Part shown: positions 54,169 to 63,399 of the stretch, piece by piece | Position numbering within the stretch: the stretch's first letter is position 1 | Layout: each line of letters opens with the position of its first letter | DNA from: Microgenomates group bacterium ADurb.Bin219 | GTDB lineage: Bacteria > Patescibacteriota > Microgenomatia > UM-FILTER-40-11 | Assembly: GCA_002069945.1 (NCBI GenBank) | Contig: MWCH01000001.1 | Coordinates: forward strand, 4,252-68,251 | Reading direction: 5' to 3' | DNA length: 64,000 nucleotides | Position numbers and translations under genes: made by a program | Notes under the pieces: model-generated | Database searches by the model: none | What the model was told of the DNA's origin: nothing | The model's input: the letters and a program-made list of their open reading frames with translations, nothing else

Positions 54169-54898
54169 GTAAAATATATACTCCCGGCCGGTTGACCGGA
54201 TTAAAAGCGCAAGCAAGTCCCGGTTTGTCTTTTAAATGAACCAGGAATGGCAAATTAAATATTTTTCTCCAGTCGCGTTTCCGGTATTTTTCCGACTCTT
54301 TTTCCAGAACGGTTAATCCCTGGCTTTCAAATAAATTCTTCCAAAAAGAGACATCCGAACGGTCGCTATTTCTTTTAATATGACCTTCTACTTTTTCAAA
54401 TCTTGGCTCTGACGGATCGGCAATTACCAAAAAAGCCTTTCCGTTTGGCTTAAGGACTCTTTTTATTTCTTCAACTGCTTTTTTAGCGTCCGGAATATGT
54501 TCCAAGACATCGGTGGAAACGATTGCGTCAAAGGATTCATTTTTAAAAGGCAGGCCGGTGACGCTTGCCTGGACCGGTTCAATCGACTGGTTTTTACTTT
54601 CTGCCGCCGAGCTAAAAGCCAGATCTATGCCAAAGTAATTTACGGAGATAGGACCGATAACTTTTTGTATTGCTTTACCGAGAAGACCAAGCCCGCTTCC
54701 CAATTCCAAAATTTTTTCACCACCCCTGAGATCCAATTCTTTGGCAATATTTTTTGCGGCCAACTCAAATCTTAAAGGAGCCACTTCTTTTCTGATTTCC
54801 GCAAGACTGGAAGAAAGTAAAGATATTTTTTGGTCTTTTGCCTTGTATCTATTATATGAATAGGGATATTCTAAAACTCCGGCAGCAGCTTCACTCAT
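54152..54898 (-). CDS. Class I SAM-dependent methyltransferase
   Basis: It has ILELGSGLGLLG (motif I), FDAIVSTDVLEHIPD and LKPNGKAFLV. Confidence 0.75.
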   Translation of the reverse strand: MSEAAAGVLEYPYSYNRYKAKDQKISLLSSSLAEIRKEVAPLRFELAAKNIAKELDLRGGEKILELGSGLGLLGKAIQKVIGPISVNYFGIDLAFSSAAESKNQSIEPVQASVTGLPFKNESFDAIVSTDVLEHIPDAKKAVEEIKRVLKPNGKAFLVIADPSEPRFEKVEGHIKRNSDRSDVSFWKNLFESQGLTVLEKESEKYRKRDWRKIFNLPFLVHLKDKPGLACAFNPVNRPGVYILLKNLS

Positions 54899-55038
54899 TA
54901 ACTATTGTTATCTAAAGAAAATATTAATTAAATAAAGTTTACCACTTTTAATTTGTGAAAAATTTTAAGAGGGAAAAATACCAAAAGTTGTAAAGCTATA
55001 TAGTAACGTCTTGCGCTGAGTAAAATCGAAGCGTATAA

Positions 55039-55518
55039 TTGGAAAAATTAACTGCCCAAAAGGCAGTTTTTATGTTGGAAAAATTTAGACAATTCAGATC
55101 CGACCTTAGAAGGGAGCGAGATACAGCTGCTGGTGCTTTGATGATTTTTGAAATTCTTCAGGCCAAAAAACAAGTTAAGGCAGAGGAGACCTATGCGACA
55201 AGGATTGAGGCGGCCATTATTCTTCGAGAAATTCAATTTGTTTCCCGATTTCCGTTTGATCCGCCAGAAGAGCCGATTGACATAAGACTGGCAAAATTTG
55301 CTGAATTTGAAAATAAAGGATACGCGGTTCTTTTGGTGATTAAGCCAGAATGGCTTAGAGAAGTTCTAAGGTCCGGTAACCCAAGGGAAAAGGATTATTT
55401 TTACGAGAAACTCAAACTTACTCTTCAAGTTATCGACGAGTTAAGAGGGGAAGGAGATAGAGTTTTAACCGAAGGAGAGATTCAAGGAACAACGAAGGAA
55501 CAAAGAAAACAAAAATAA
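55039..55518 (+). CDS. Hypothetical protein
   Basis: The 159-aa ORF has no recognisable motif. Confidence 0.4.
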   Translation: MEKLTAQKAVFMLEKFRQFRSDLRRERDTAAGALMIFEILQAKKQVKAEETYATRIEAAIILREIQFVSRFPFDPPEEPIDIRLAKFAEFENKGYAVLLVIKPEWLREVLRSGNPREKDYFYEKLKLTLQVIDELRGEGDRVLTEGEIQGTTKEQRKQK

Positions 55519-55740
55519 AGCTTAGAAATTTTTTATTTTGCTTGTTTCTTTATTCAGTTTCATGAAGGTAGCTTGCTTTCGCAGCACAATTGGACTAATT
55601 AGACAAATAGGATAATTGGGGAAGTTGGGGAGGTTGAGGTCAGGAATCAGGAATAAAAAATAAGGAATAAGTCAATTCTTAATCCCCAATTGCTATAATA
55701 GAATAAACTGAAAGTCAAAAGGGTTAAAAATTGGTTAATT

Positions 55741-56379
55741 TTGTTGGGAATTTTACTTCTAGCCTCCGTTGGATTAAATATTTTTCAATTTCAAAAAAAT
55801 AAAAGCCTTGAGGGGGTTGAGGTTTTGGGAGTGATTGACGGGGATACTTTGGTTTTGGCCGGAAAAGTCAGAATTAGGCTAAGAAGTTTGGACGCGCCGG
55901 AATTAAATTATTGCGGCGGACAGGAAGCAAAAGCGGAATTGGAGAGATGGGTTTTAGGCAAGCAAGTCGTCATAAAAGAAAAAATCGTGGATCAAAAAGG
56001 CAGACCGATGGCTTTTGTTTACAGCGACGGCGCCTTAATTAATTTAAAAATGTTGGAAAGCGGTTGGGCCAGGTTTCATTCGGATACCAGCTCGGTCAGG
56101 GCACAATTAAAAGCGGCCGGCGATCAGGCCAAAAAAGAAGGAAGAGGAATTTATAGCCCCAAATGTTACCAGAAAACCAATCCGGAAAAACCCAAATGCA
56201 ATATTAAAGGAAATATTGATAAAGTCAGCGGTAAGAAAACCTATTTTTATCCGGGTTGCAGCCAATACGAATTTACCATAATTGAAAAAGATTTAGGTGA
56301 AGATTGGTTTTGTACGGAAAAGGAAGCGAGAGAGGCGGGATTTACGAAGGCGGAGACATGCGGAAAACTTGGAAATTAG
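55741..56379 (+). CDS. Thermonuclease (SNase-like) with N-terminal anchor and a C-terminal 4-Cys module
   Basis: The segment VIDGDTLVLAGKVRIRLRSLDAPE is the SNase catalytic motif. The C-terminal module has the spacing C-x11-C ... C-x19-C. The start is a TTG in the track. Confidence 0.7.
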   Translation: MLGILLLASVGLNIFQFQKNKSLEGVEVLGVIDGDTLVLAGKVRIRLRSLDAPELNYCGGQEAKAELERWVLGKQVVIKEKIVDQKGRPMAFVYSDGALINLKMLESGWARFHSDTSSVRAQLKAAGDQAKKEGRGIYSPKCYQKTNPEKPKCNIKGNIDKVSGKKTYFYPGCSQYEFTIIEKDLGEDWFCTEKEAREAGFTKAETCGKLGN

Positions 56380-56526
56380 ATATTGGATATTAGGGGGAAG
56401 TGGGGGCGGGAAGCGAGAAGAAAGATTAACGGATTAAAAAATTAAAGGATGACGAATGGGGGAAAAGTTTATTGTTAGTTTGATGTCTCGTTTAATGATG
56501 AGGAAAAAAGAATTGGGGCGGAAGAG

Positions 56527-57216
56527 CTAGAAGCGAGGGTAAATATATTGGTTATAAAGCTCCTTGTATTTATTTAAACGTTCCTCGTTAGGACCTTCAA
56601 CATAAGTAGATTGATTTGGTTTTTGGCCAACAGTCCCGATAAAAAGAGCGCTTAAGAGCATTGATCTTTCCGAATCGATTGCATCTTTCAGGGTTGCGCC
56701 CACGCTAGTATTCGGAATATTGTAGTCGGCGGTTCCGCCGTAATCAATAAAATGAAATTCCGGTTGGCCAAATTGGTCCTCGGTTACTAAAAGATTCGGA
56801 TCGTAAATGTGGCTACCTTCGCCAAGATCTCCGTGCGGATGGCCGGTAAGATCTTCCAACCGGGCCAGAGTTAAAAACAGTTTTTCCGCTTCTCCAACGG
56901 AAAGCAGTTTTTTTCTTTCATTTAAAAATTCTCTTAACGACTTGCCCTCAATTAATTTTTGTTCGTAGCCGACTACCTTGCCGCTTTCTTCAACAATTTT
57001 CAGGACCGGAGGAAATCCCGGGACCGGCCCTTCTTTTCCTTGGATTTCCAGAATTTTTTTCAAAATTTCAATTTGAGGTTGATGTCCCGGATCTTCGGGG
57101 AATTTAAAGATTTTTCTGACGGTTCCCCTTTCCTGATCAAGAGTAACAAAACTTCTGGACGTTTCAATTACTTCTGGTACTTCTTGAGTATAAATTGTTT
57201 CTCCCTGTTCTGACAT
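56527..57216 (-). CDS. Putative small atypical kinase-like protein
   Basis: HGDLGEGSHIYDPN resembles a kinase catalytic loop (HGDL ... N), and FIDYGGT resembles the DFG position. The call is weak. Confidence 0.35.
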   Translation of the reverse strand: MSEQGETIYTQEVPEVIETSRSFVTLDQERGTVRKIFKFPEDPGHQPQIEILKKILEIQGKEGPVPGFPPVLKIVEESGKVVGYEQKLIEGKSLREFLNERKKLLSVGEAEKLFLTLARLEDLTGHPHGDLGEGSHIYDPNLLVTEDQFGQPEFHFIDYGGTADYNIPNTSVGATLKDAIDSERSMLLSALFIGTVGQKPNQSTYVEGPNEERLNKYKELYNQYIYPRF

Positions 57217-57314
57217 ATAGGAATAATTATATTACATCTGAGCAGGGAATAGGAATAAAGAATAAAAAATTAATCCTTCTTCGCCCTCCGAATCGGAGGG
57301 CTTCGGAGGTACGG

Positions 57315-57350
57315 GCGGATTAAAAAATTAAAAGATTAACGGATTAAAAT
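57315..57350. repeat. Recurrent AT-rich intergenic motif GGATTAAAAAATTAAAAGATTAACGGATTAAAA
   Basis: This is one of at least five related copies in intergenic DNA. The others lie near 38804, 56424, 62707 and 63257. Confidence 0.5.
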
Positions 57351-57400
57351 TGCTTTGTTTTTCTCAGTTGGTTTTCAGGTTGGGTATATAATCTGGTTGT

Positions 57401-58072
57401 ATGAGAATCCTTGTCGTTGAAGACGAACACCAAATTGCCAATTCAATTAAAAAAGGTTTGGAATTGGAAGGCTTTGCCGCCGACGTTGCCTATGACGGGA
57501 TTGAGGGCTTTGATTTGGCGTCAACCGAAGATTACGACGCCATTGTTTTGGATTTGATGCTTCCGGGAATGGAAGGAATGGAAATTTGCCGGAAACTCCG
57601 GCAGGAAAAAATCCATACCCCGATTTTAATTTTAACCGCCAAAGGCCAATTGGAAGATAAAGTTAAAGGCCTGAACAGCGGGGCGGACGATTATTTGGTC
57701 AAGCCGTTTGCTTTTGAAGAATTACTGGCCCGGATCAGAGCATTAATCCGAAGGCCGAAGGCAGCCAACGGCACAACTTTAGTTGTCGGCGATTTAAGTT
57801 TAAACCCCCTGACCTTTACTCTAGAAAGAAGCGGCAAGGAGATAAGATTGTCCAATAAAGAATTCGGTTTGCTGGAATTTTTGATGCGCCATCCGGGACA
57901 AATTTTTACCAAAGACCAGATTATCGGTCACGTTTGGAATTACGACGCGGATATTTTACCCAATACGGTTGAAGTATATGTCGGTTATTTGCGAAACAAG
58001 ATTGACCGGCCGTTTCCCAAGAAAAAGGCGTTGATACATACGGTAAGGGGATTCGGATATAAAATTGGATAA
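57401..58072 (+). CDS. OmpR-family two-component response regulator
   Basis: The receiver domain reads MRILVVEDE ... AIVLDLMLPGMEG ... LTAKG, and the winged-helix domain has LSNKEFGLLEFL and VRGFGY. Confidence 0.9.
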   Translation: MRILVVEDEHQIANSIKKGLELEGFAADVAYDGIEGFDLASTEDYDAIVLDLMLPGMEGMEICRKLRQEKIHTPILILTAKGQLEDKVKGLNSGADDYLVKPFAFEELLARIRALIRRPKAANGTTLVVGDLSLNPLTFTLERSGKEIRLSNKEFGLLEFLMRHPGQIFTKDQIIGHVWNYDADILPNTVEVYVGYLRNKIDRPFPKKKALIHTVRGFGYKIG

Positions 58073-58173
58073 TCTCAAATCTTAAATGTTAAATGTTAAA
58101 TCCAAATGCAAAACCGTAAATCTTTAAAGATTTTAGATTTAAGTTTTGAGTTTTTAGTTTTGAGTTTTTAACC

Positions 58174-59229
58174 ATGTTTAAGTCTGCTCGAGTTAAACTG
58201 ACCGCTTGGTATTTGCTGATCATTATGACGATCAGTCTTTCTTTCAGTGGCGTAATTTACTACGGAACCAGCAGAGAGATGGAAAGAAGTTTCCGGCGCA
58301 TAGATTTAAGACACCGCGCCGAAGAGTTGGGAATTCCCCTGCCGCGCTTTTTTTCTTTTCCCGAAGATTTGCCCTTGCGCTTAAGAGAAACGGCTCCCCG
58401 TTACTTTTTTGCCGAGGATTTGGCCGAGGCCAGGAAAAGACTGCTTTTAAATTTGGTCGGAATAAACGGAGTCATTTTGGCCGTTTCCGCCTTGGCCGGA
58501 TATTTTTTGGCGGGCAGGACTTTGGCCCCGATAGAAAATTCCCTGGAAGAGCAAAAAAGATTTGTCGCCGATGCTTCACACGAGTTGAGAACTCCCTTGA
58601 CCGCCTTAAAAACGACAATGGAAGTTGCCTTAAGGGACAAAAAGATGAATTTAACGGAAGCAAAGAAAATTATTAATGACAATTTACATTCGGTTGACGA
58701 TTTAAAATCTCTTTCGGACAAACTCTTAAGCCTAACCAGATATCAAAGCAACGGCGGGAGCCTAACCTTTGCGGAAGTGGATATTAGGGAAGTAATAGAA
58801 AAAGCAGTTAAGAAGATGGAATCGGTTGCGAAAGAAAAAAAAGTTCGCTTGGGGTTAAAAGTTAAAAGCGAAAATTTAAAAGGAAATGCGGAGAGTTTAG
58901 AGGAAATGATGTTGATTTTTTTGGATAATGCGGTGAAGTTTACGCCGAAGGGAGGGAGGGTAACGATAGAGACGGAGGTTAGGGGACAGAAGTTAGAGGT
59001 TAGAGTAAAAGACACGGGGGTGGGGATTGCAAAAGAAGATTTGCCGCATATCTTTGACCGGTTTTACCGGGCAGACCAGTCAAGATCCAGACAAAAAGTT
59101 GACGGGTTTGGTTTGGGGCTATCTTTGGCCAAAAAGATTATTGAGATTCATAAAGGAACAGTAGGGGTGGAAAGCAAAATGGGAGAAGGGACTAGTTTTA
59201 GCATAAAACTGCCAATTGCTCATTATTAG
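58174..59229 (+). CDS. Sensor histidine kinase
   Basis: An N-terminal transmembrane segment is followed by the H-box FVADASHELRTPLT. The N, G1 and G2 boxes are present (FLDNAVKFTPKGG, VKDTGVGI, GFGLGLSLAK). Confidence 0.85.
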   Translation: MFKSARVKLTAWYLLIIMTISLSFSGVIYYGTSREMERSFRRIDLRHRAEELGIPLPRFFSFPEDLPLRLRETAPRYFFAEDLAEARKRLLLNLVGINGVILAVSALAGYFLAGRTLAPIENSLEEQKRFVADASHELRTPLTALKTTMEVALRDKKMNLTEAKKIINDNLHSVDDLKSLSDKLLSLTRYQSNGGSLTFAEVDIREVIEKAVKKMESVAKEKKVRLGLKVKSENLKGNAESLEEMMLIFLDNAVKFTPKGGRVTIETEVRGQKLEVRVKDTGVGIAKEDLPHIFDRFYRADQSRSRQKVDGFGLGLSLAKKIIEIHKGTVGVESKMGEGTSFSIKLPIAHY

Positions 59230-59328
59230 TTACCAATCGCCGGTCACTATTGCTATTTTCTCAGTTTCTTCTCAGTTGATGTCGTTAAAGTAATTAGGAT
59301 TTCTTAAATTGCTTAATTTATTTTCCGG

Positions 59329-60744
59329 GTGTATATTGACCGAATGAAAATTTTTGAAACAATAAAAAAACAATTGGCGGACGCTCAAAGATGGTCGGCA
59401 AAGACGACGGCCAAGGATAAATTGATTGCCGTCAAGGATTATTTTTTAAAAGCTTCTTTAAAAAAGAAAGCGGTTTTGGTTATCGGTTTTTTGGCTTTGA
59501 TTTTTTTAATCCGCCAGGCAGCCGGAAGTTCCCAATCGGCAAAAACAACTTACGAAACGGCCAAGGTGGAAAAAGGCACTTTGGTTTCTTCCATTTCCGG
59601 ATCCGGGACAATTACCTCCGGCAACTACACCAACATTTCCACTAAAGTTTCCGGAAAGGTCGCCCGGGTTTTTGTCACCAACGGCGACAAAGTTGTTAAA
59701 GGCCAAAAAATTGCCGAAGTAGTTTTGGACGATTACGCCCGGGAAAGACAAACGGCGGCCTGGGTTGCTTATTTGGAGGCAACGGAAGCGGTTAAAGATG
59801 CCCAGACGGCCAAATGGACGGCGGATATCCAGATGTGGCAGGATCGGGAAAGTTTATTGACGGCAATTGAAAAAAATAACAACAATACGGGCAATACCGA
59901 AGGCGAAAGGCAGGTTATCATCAAGTCGGTTGATCAGAAAAGAGCGGCTTTCGCTTCCTCGGAATTAAAGTACAAAAACGCGGATAGCGACTTGGCCAAC
60001 GCGCAAGCAAAAGTTTCCAAGGCCTTAAGGGATTATCAGGAAAATTCGGCCACCATTGTCGCTCCCTCGGCCGGTGTTGTCAGCGATTTGTCTTTGGCTC
60101 CCGGATTGGTAGTCAATGCCAGCTCTACCACCAGCTCCACCAGCGGCGCGACCATTGTTTCCGGCCAGGTTGTCGGCAAGATTAATGACACCGAAGGCCA
60201 GTTAATCGCCTCGGTCAGTTTAACCGAAATAGACATTATCAAGGTCAAGGCCAACCAGAAAGTAACTTTAACTTTAGACGCTTATCCGGACAAATCCTTT
60301 ACGGGCAAAGTCTTGGCCGTTAATACCAGCGGCAACATTTCTTCGGGCGTTACTTCTTATCCGGTGACCATTCTTTTGGATCCGGTGACGGCGGAAGTTT
60401 ATCCCAATATGGCGGCCAGCGTGGAAATTATTACCGAAATAAAAACCGACGTTTTGTTAATTCCTTCTACCGCGGTTCAGACGTTAAACAACCAATCTTT
60501 CGTTGAGGTCAAAAAAGACGGTTTGATTAGCTCGGTTCAGATAGAAATCGGCAGCAGCAACGATTCCCAGACGGAAATTATCTCGGGTTTAAACGAAGGC
60601 GACGAAGTCATTACGGCCACCATTGATGCCCAGACTTCCAATCAAACGCAATCCGGAGCAAGTTCGCCTTTTAGCGGCATCGGCCGGTCTTCCCAATCGA
60701 GACAAAGAGGGAACCAAATCCGCTTCGGCGGCCCGGGTTTTTAA
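59329..60744 (+). CDS. Efflux/ABC periplasmic adaptor (HlyD/MacA-like membrane fusion protein)
   Basis: It has a transmembrane anchor, a lipoyl-like hairpin (SGKVARVFVTNGDKVVKGQKIAEV), a coiled-coil and a beta-barrel. The start is GTG at 59329 or ATG at 59344. Confidence 0.7.
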   Translation: MYIDRMKIFETIKKQLADAQRWSAKTTAKDKLIAVKDYFLKASLKKKAVLVIGFLALIFLIRQAAGSSQSAKTTYETAKVEKGTLVSSISGSGTITSGNYTNISTKVSGKVARVFVTNGDKVVKGQKIAEVVLDDYARERQTAAWVAYLEATEAVKDAQTAKWTADIQMWQDRESLLTAIEKNNNNTGNTEGERQVIIKSVDQKRAAFASSELKYKNADSDLANAQAKVSKALRDYQENSATIVAPSAGVVSDLSLAPGLVVNASSTTSSTSGATIVSGQVVGKINDTEGQLIASVSLTEIDIIKVKANQKVTLTLDAYPDKSFTGKVLAVNTSGNISSGVTSYPVTILLDPVTAEVYPNMAASVEIITEIKTDVLLIPSTAVQTLNNQSFVEVKKDGLISSVQIEIGSSNDSQTEIISGLNEGDEVITATIDAQTSNQTQSGASSPFSGIGRSSQSRQRGNQIRFGGPGF

Positions 60745-60749
60745 CTAAC

Positions 60750-61472
60750 ATGGCCAAATCAGTTATCAATATCAGTCGTTTATCCAAGATTTATAAGTCG
60801 GACAGTCTTGAATTGAAAGCATTGGACGATATTTCCTTGAATATTAATCAAGGCGAATTTGTGGCGATTATGGGCCCGTCGGGAAGCGGCAAGTCAACCT
60901 TGATGCATATTTTGGGCGCCTTGGATTTGCCGACCGGCGGTACCTATTTGCTTAACGGGCAAAATGTCGGCCTTTTATCGGATGATCAATTGGCCGATAT
61001 CCGCAATAAAGAAATCGGCTTTGTTTTTCAGGCTTATAACCTTTTAGCGCGGACTTCGGCGATAGAGAACGTGATTTTGCCTTTGGATTACGCCGGAGTT
61101 CCCGAACCAGAGCAATACGAAAGAGCCCTGGCGATGTTAAAAAAAGTCGGTTTGGCGGACCGGCTCAGCCACCCGCCCAATAAACTTTCCGGCGGCCAAC
61201 AGCAAAGAGTGGCGATTGCCCGGGCCTTAGTTATGAACCCGTCAATTATTTTGGCCGATGAGCCGACGGGTAATATTGCCTCGGCCCAGGCGGAAGAAAT
61301 TATGGCGATTTTTGAACAGCTTAACGACGACGGCCACACGATTGTAATGATTACCCACGAGCCGGATATTGCCGAACACGCCCAAAGAATAATTCATTTA
61401 CTGGACGGTAAAATCGTCAAAGACGGCAACGGTCATAAGCGCCGGATTATTAACGGAAAAGCGAAAGAATGA
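60750..61472 (+). CDS. ABC transporter ATP-binding protein (MacB/LolD-like)
   Basis: It has Walker A GPSGSGKST, the signature LSGGQQQRVAIARAL, Walker B ILADEPTG and an H-loop. Confidence 0.9.
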   Translation: MAKSVINISRLSKIYKSDSLELKALDDISLNINQGEFVAIMGPSGSGKSTLMHILGALDLPTGGTYLLNGQNVGLLSDDQLADIRNKEIGFVFQAYNLLARTSAIENVILPLDYAGVPEPEQYERALAMLKKVGLADRLSHPPNKLSGGQQQRVAIARALVMNPSIILADEPTGNIASAQAEEIMAIFEQLNDDGHTIVMITHEPDIAEHAQRIIHLLDGKIVKDGNGHKRRIINGKAKE

Positions 61473-62692
61473 AAATTACCAAATTGATTAAAAGCGGAAT
61501 TAAAAACCTGGCCATTAACAAAATGCGGACCGGTTTGGCGGTTCTGGGAATCGTCATCGGTATCGGCAGCGTTATTGCTTTGGTTTCTTTGGGCGAATCA
61601 AGCAAAAAAGCGGTTCAATCCTCAATCCAATCCATCGGCTCCAATTTACTGACGGTTTTACCCGGTTTTACTTTTTCCGGTAATGTCCGGGGAGCAATGG
61701 GTGGAGCCCAGACTTTAACCAACGAAGACGCCGAAGCCATCAAAACTTCCTCCCGGATAACGACGGTTAAAAGCGTTTCTCCCGAATATTCGGGGAGGGC
61801 GCAAATAATTGCCGGCCGGAATAATACCAATACTCAGGTGGTCGGGGTAGAACCGGTCTACGCCCAGGTCAGGAAAATCAGTTTGGAAAAAGGCTCTTTT
61901 CTTACTTCCCAACACTTGACCTCTATGGCAAAAGTGGCGGTTTTGGGTCCGGGAGTGGCCGAAGATTTGTTCGGCGAAGGGGTTGACCCGGTGGGCCAAA
62001 CCATCAGAATCAACGGCAAGAATTTTTTGGTTATCGGTTTGACCAAGTCAAAAGGGGGAATGGGAATGGATAACCAGGACGACCGGATTATTGTTCCTTT
62101 AACCACCGCGCAAAAACAGTTATTCGGAGTCAAATACCTTTCCTCAATTGCTTTAGAGGCAAAAAGCGAAGCGGTAATGACACAGGCCCAAAATGAGGTC
62201 GGTTATCTTTTGTTATCCAGGCATAAATTAACCGCGGTTGAAGATGCGGATTTTCGGATTATGTCCCAGGAAGATATTTTGCAGGCCGCTTCCGCCGTAA
62301 CCGGCACTTTTACCACTCTTTTAACGGGAATTGCCGCCATTTCTCTTTTGGTCGGCGGAATCGGGATTATGAATATTATGTTGATGTCGGTAACGGAAAG
62401 AACCCGGGAAATCGGTTTAAGAAAAGCCTTGGGCGCCAAAAAGAAAACCATTGTTTATCAGTTTCTAACCGAATCAATTATTCTGACTTTTACCGGCGGC
62501 CTAATCGGGATTGTTTTGGGAATCGGCGGTTATTATCTCTACGCCCGGGCCAATAACGCCGTTTTCAGCTTAAGTTTTTCCTCGGTTTTTTTGGCCTTTT
62601 TTGTTTCCGCCGGAATCGGCGTTTTGTTCGGTTGGTATCCGGCGCGCAAAGCCGCCAGTCTCCAGCCGATTGAAGCTCTGCGTTATGAATAG
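61469..62692 (+). CDS. ABC transporter permease (MacB/FtsX-like)
   Basis: It has an N-terminal transmembrane segment, a large periplasmic domain and a C-terminal four-helix FtsX-like bundle (ISLLVGGIGIMNIMLMSVTERTREIGLRKALGA). It overlaps the ATPase gene by 4 nt. Confidence 0.85.
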   Translation: MKITKLIKSGIKNLAINKMRTGLAVLGIVIGIGSVIALVSLGESSKKAVQSSIQSIGSNLLTVLPGFTFSGNVRGAMGGAQTLTNEDAEAIKTSSRITTVKSVSPEYSGRAQIIAGRNNTNTQVVGVEPVYAQVRKISLEKGSFLTSQHLTSMAKVAVLGPGVAEDLFGEGVDPVGQTIRINGKNFLVIGLTKSKGGMGMDNQDDRIIVPLTTAQKQLFGVKYLSSIALEAKSEAVMTQAQNEVGYLLLSRHKLTAVEDADFRIMSQEDILQAASAVTGTFTTLLTGIAAISLLVGGIGIMNIMLMSVTERTREIGLRKALGAKKKTIVYQFLTESIILTFTGGLIGIVLGIGGYYLYARANNAVFSLSFSSVFLAFFVSAGIGVLFGWYPARKAASLQPIEALRYE

Positions 62693-62758
62693 GGCGAAAA
62701 TCCTGTTAAAAAATTAACGAATTAACGAATTATGATTGTTAGAAAGGTGGTGATTTAA

Positions 62759-63211
62759 ATGAAAAAGAACAATGTTTTAACTATTATTTTAGTGGCGGCG
62801 GCAATGGCAGGAGCCGGTTTTTTTGCCGGGGTTAAATACCAGCAGCTAAAGCGGCCGGCGGGTTTTAGACAATTTGCCGGTGGTCGATTCGGAAACGGCC
62901 AGGGAATGAGAAATGTTCCAAAGCAAGGAAACGCCAATTTTTCCGGCGGCAGGCAGAATTTCCGGCCGATTAACGGCAAAATTACGGGAGCAGACGAAAA
63001 ATCAATTACGGTTAAAGCGGCGGACGGCAGCAGCAAGATTGTTATCTATTCGGAAACAACCAAGATTAACAAAACTACCGAAGCAACCAAGGAAGATTTG
63101 AAAGTCGGCGAGTCGGTAATGGTTGTCGGGACCGAAGGAACGGACGGAACCATCACGGCACAAGTTATTTCGGTTGGACAGGAGATGGGAGTAAGGAGAT
63201 TAACGGATTAA
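62759..63211 (+). CDS. Hypothetical anchored/secreted protein (DUF5666-like beta-rich domain)
   Basis: It has an N-terminal transmembrane or signal segment and a Gly/Asn-rich linker. The C-terminus reads GKITGADEKSITVKAADGSSKIVIYSETTKI. Confidence 0.4.
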   Translation: MKKNNVLTIILVAAAMAGAGFFAGVKYQQLKRPAGFRQFAGGRFGNGQGMRNVPKQGNANFSGGRQNFRPINGKITGADEKSITVKAADGSSKIVIYSETTKINKTTEATKEDLKVGESVMVVGTEGTDGTITAQVISVGQEMGVRRLTD

Positions 63212-63256
63212 GAAATTAATTCCCCTTCGCCCCTTCAGGGCTCCGGAGGGACAGGC

Positions 63257-63297
63257 GGATTAAAAAAATTAAAAGATTAAAAATTAACGGATTAGAG
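63257..63297. repeat. Recurrent AT-rich intergenic motif copy (GGATTAAAAAAATTAAAAGATTAAAAATTAACGGATTAGAG)
   Basis: A nearly identical neighbouring context (CTTCGCCC ... GGAGGG-N-C-R-GGCGGATTAAAAAATTAAAAGATTAA) occurs at 57262-57345 and 63222-63297. Confidence 0.5.
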
Positions 63298-63399
63298 ATT
63301 AGAGGGAAGTGGGGACGGAAAACGGGAAGTGGGACGAGAAGTGAGAAACGGGTCGGAAAGTGAGAAATGAGAAGAACCGATGGACTTTTACTCTAACCC

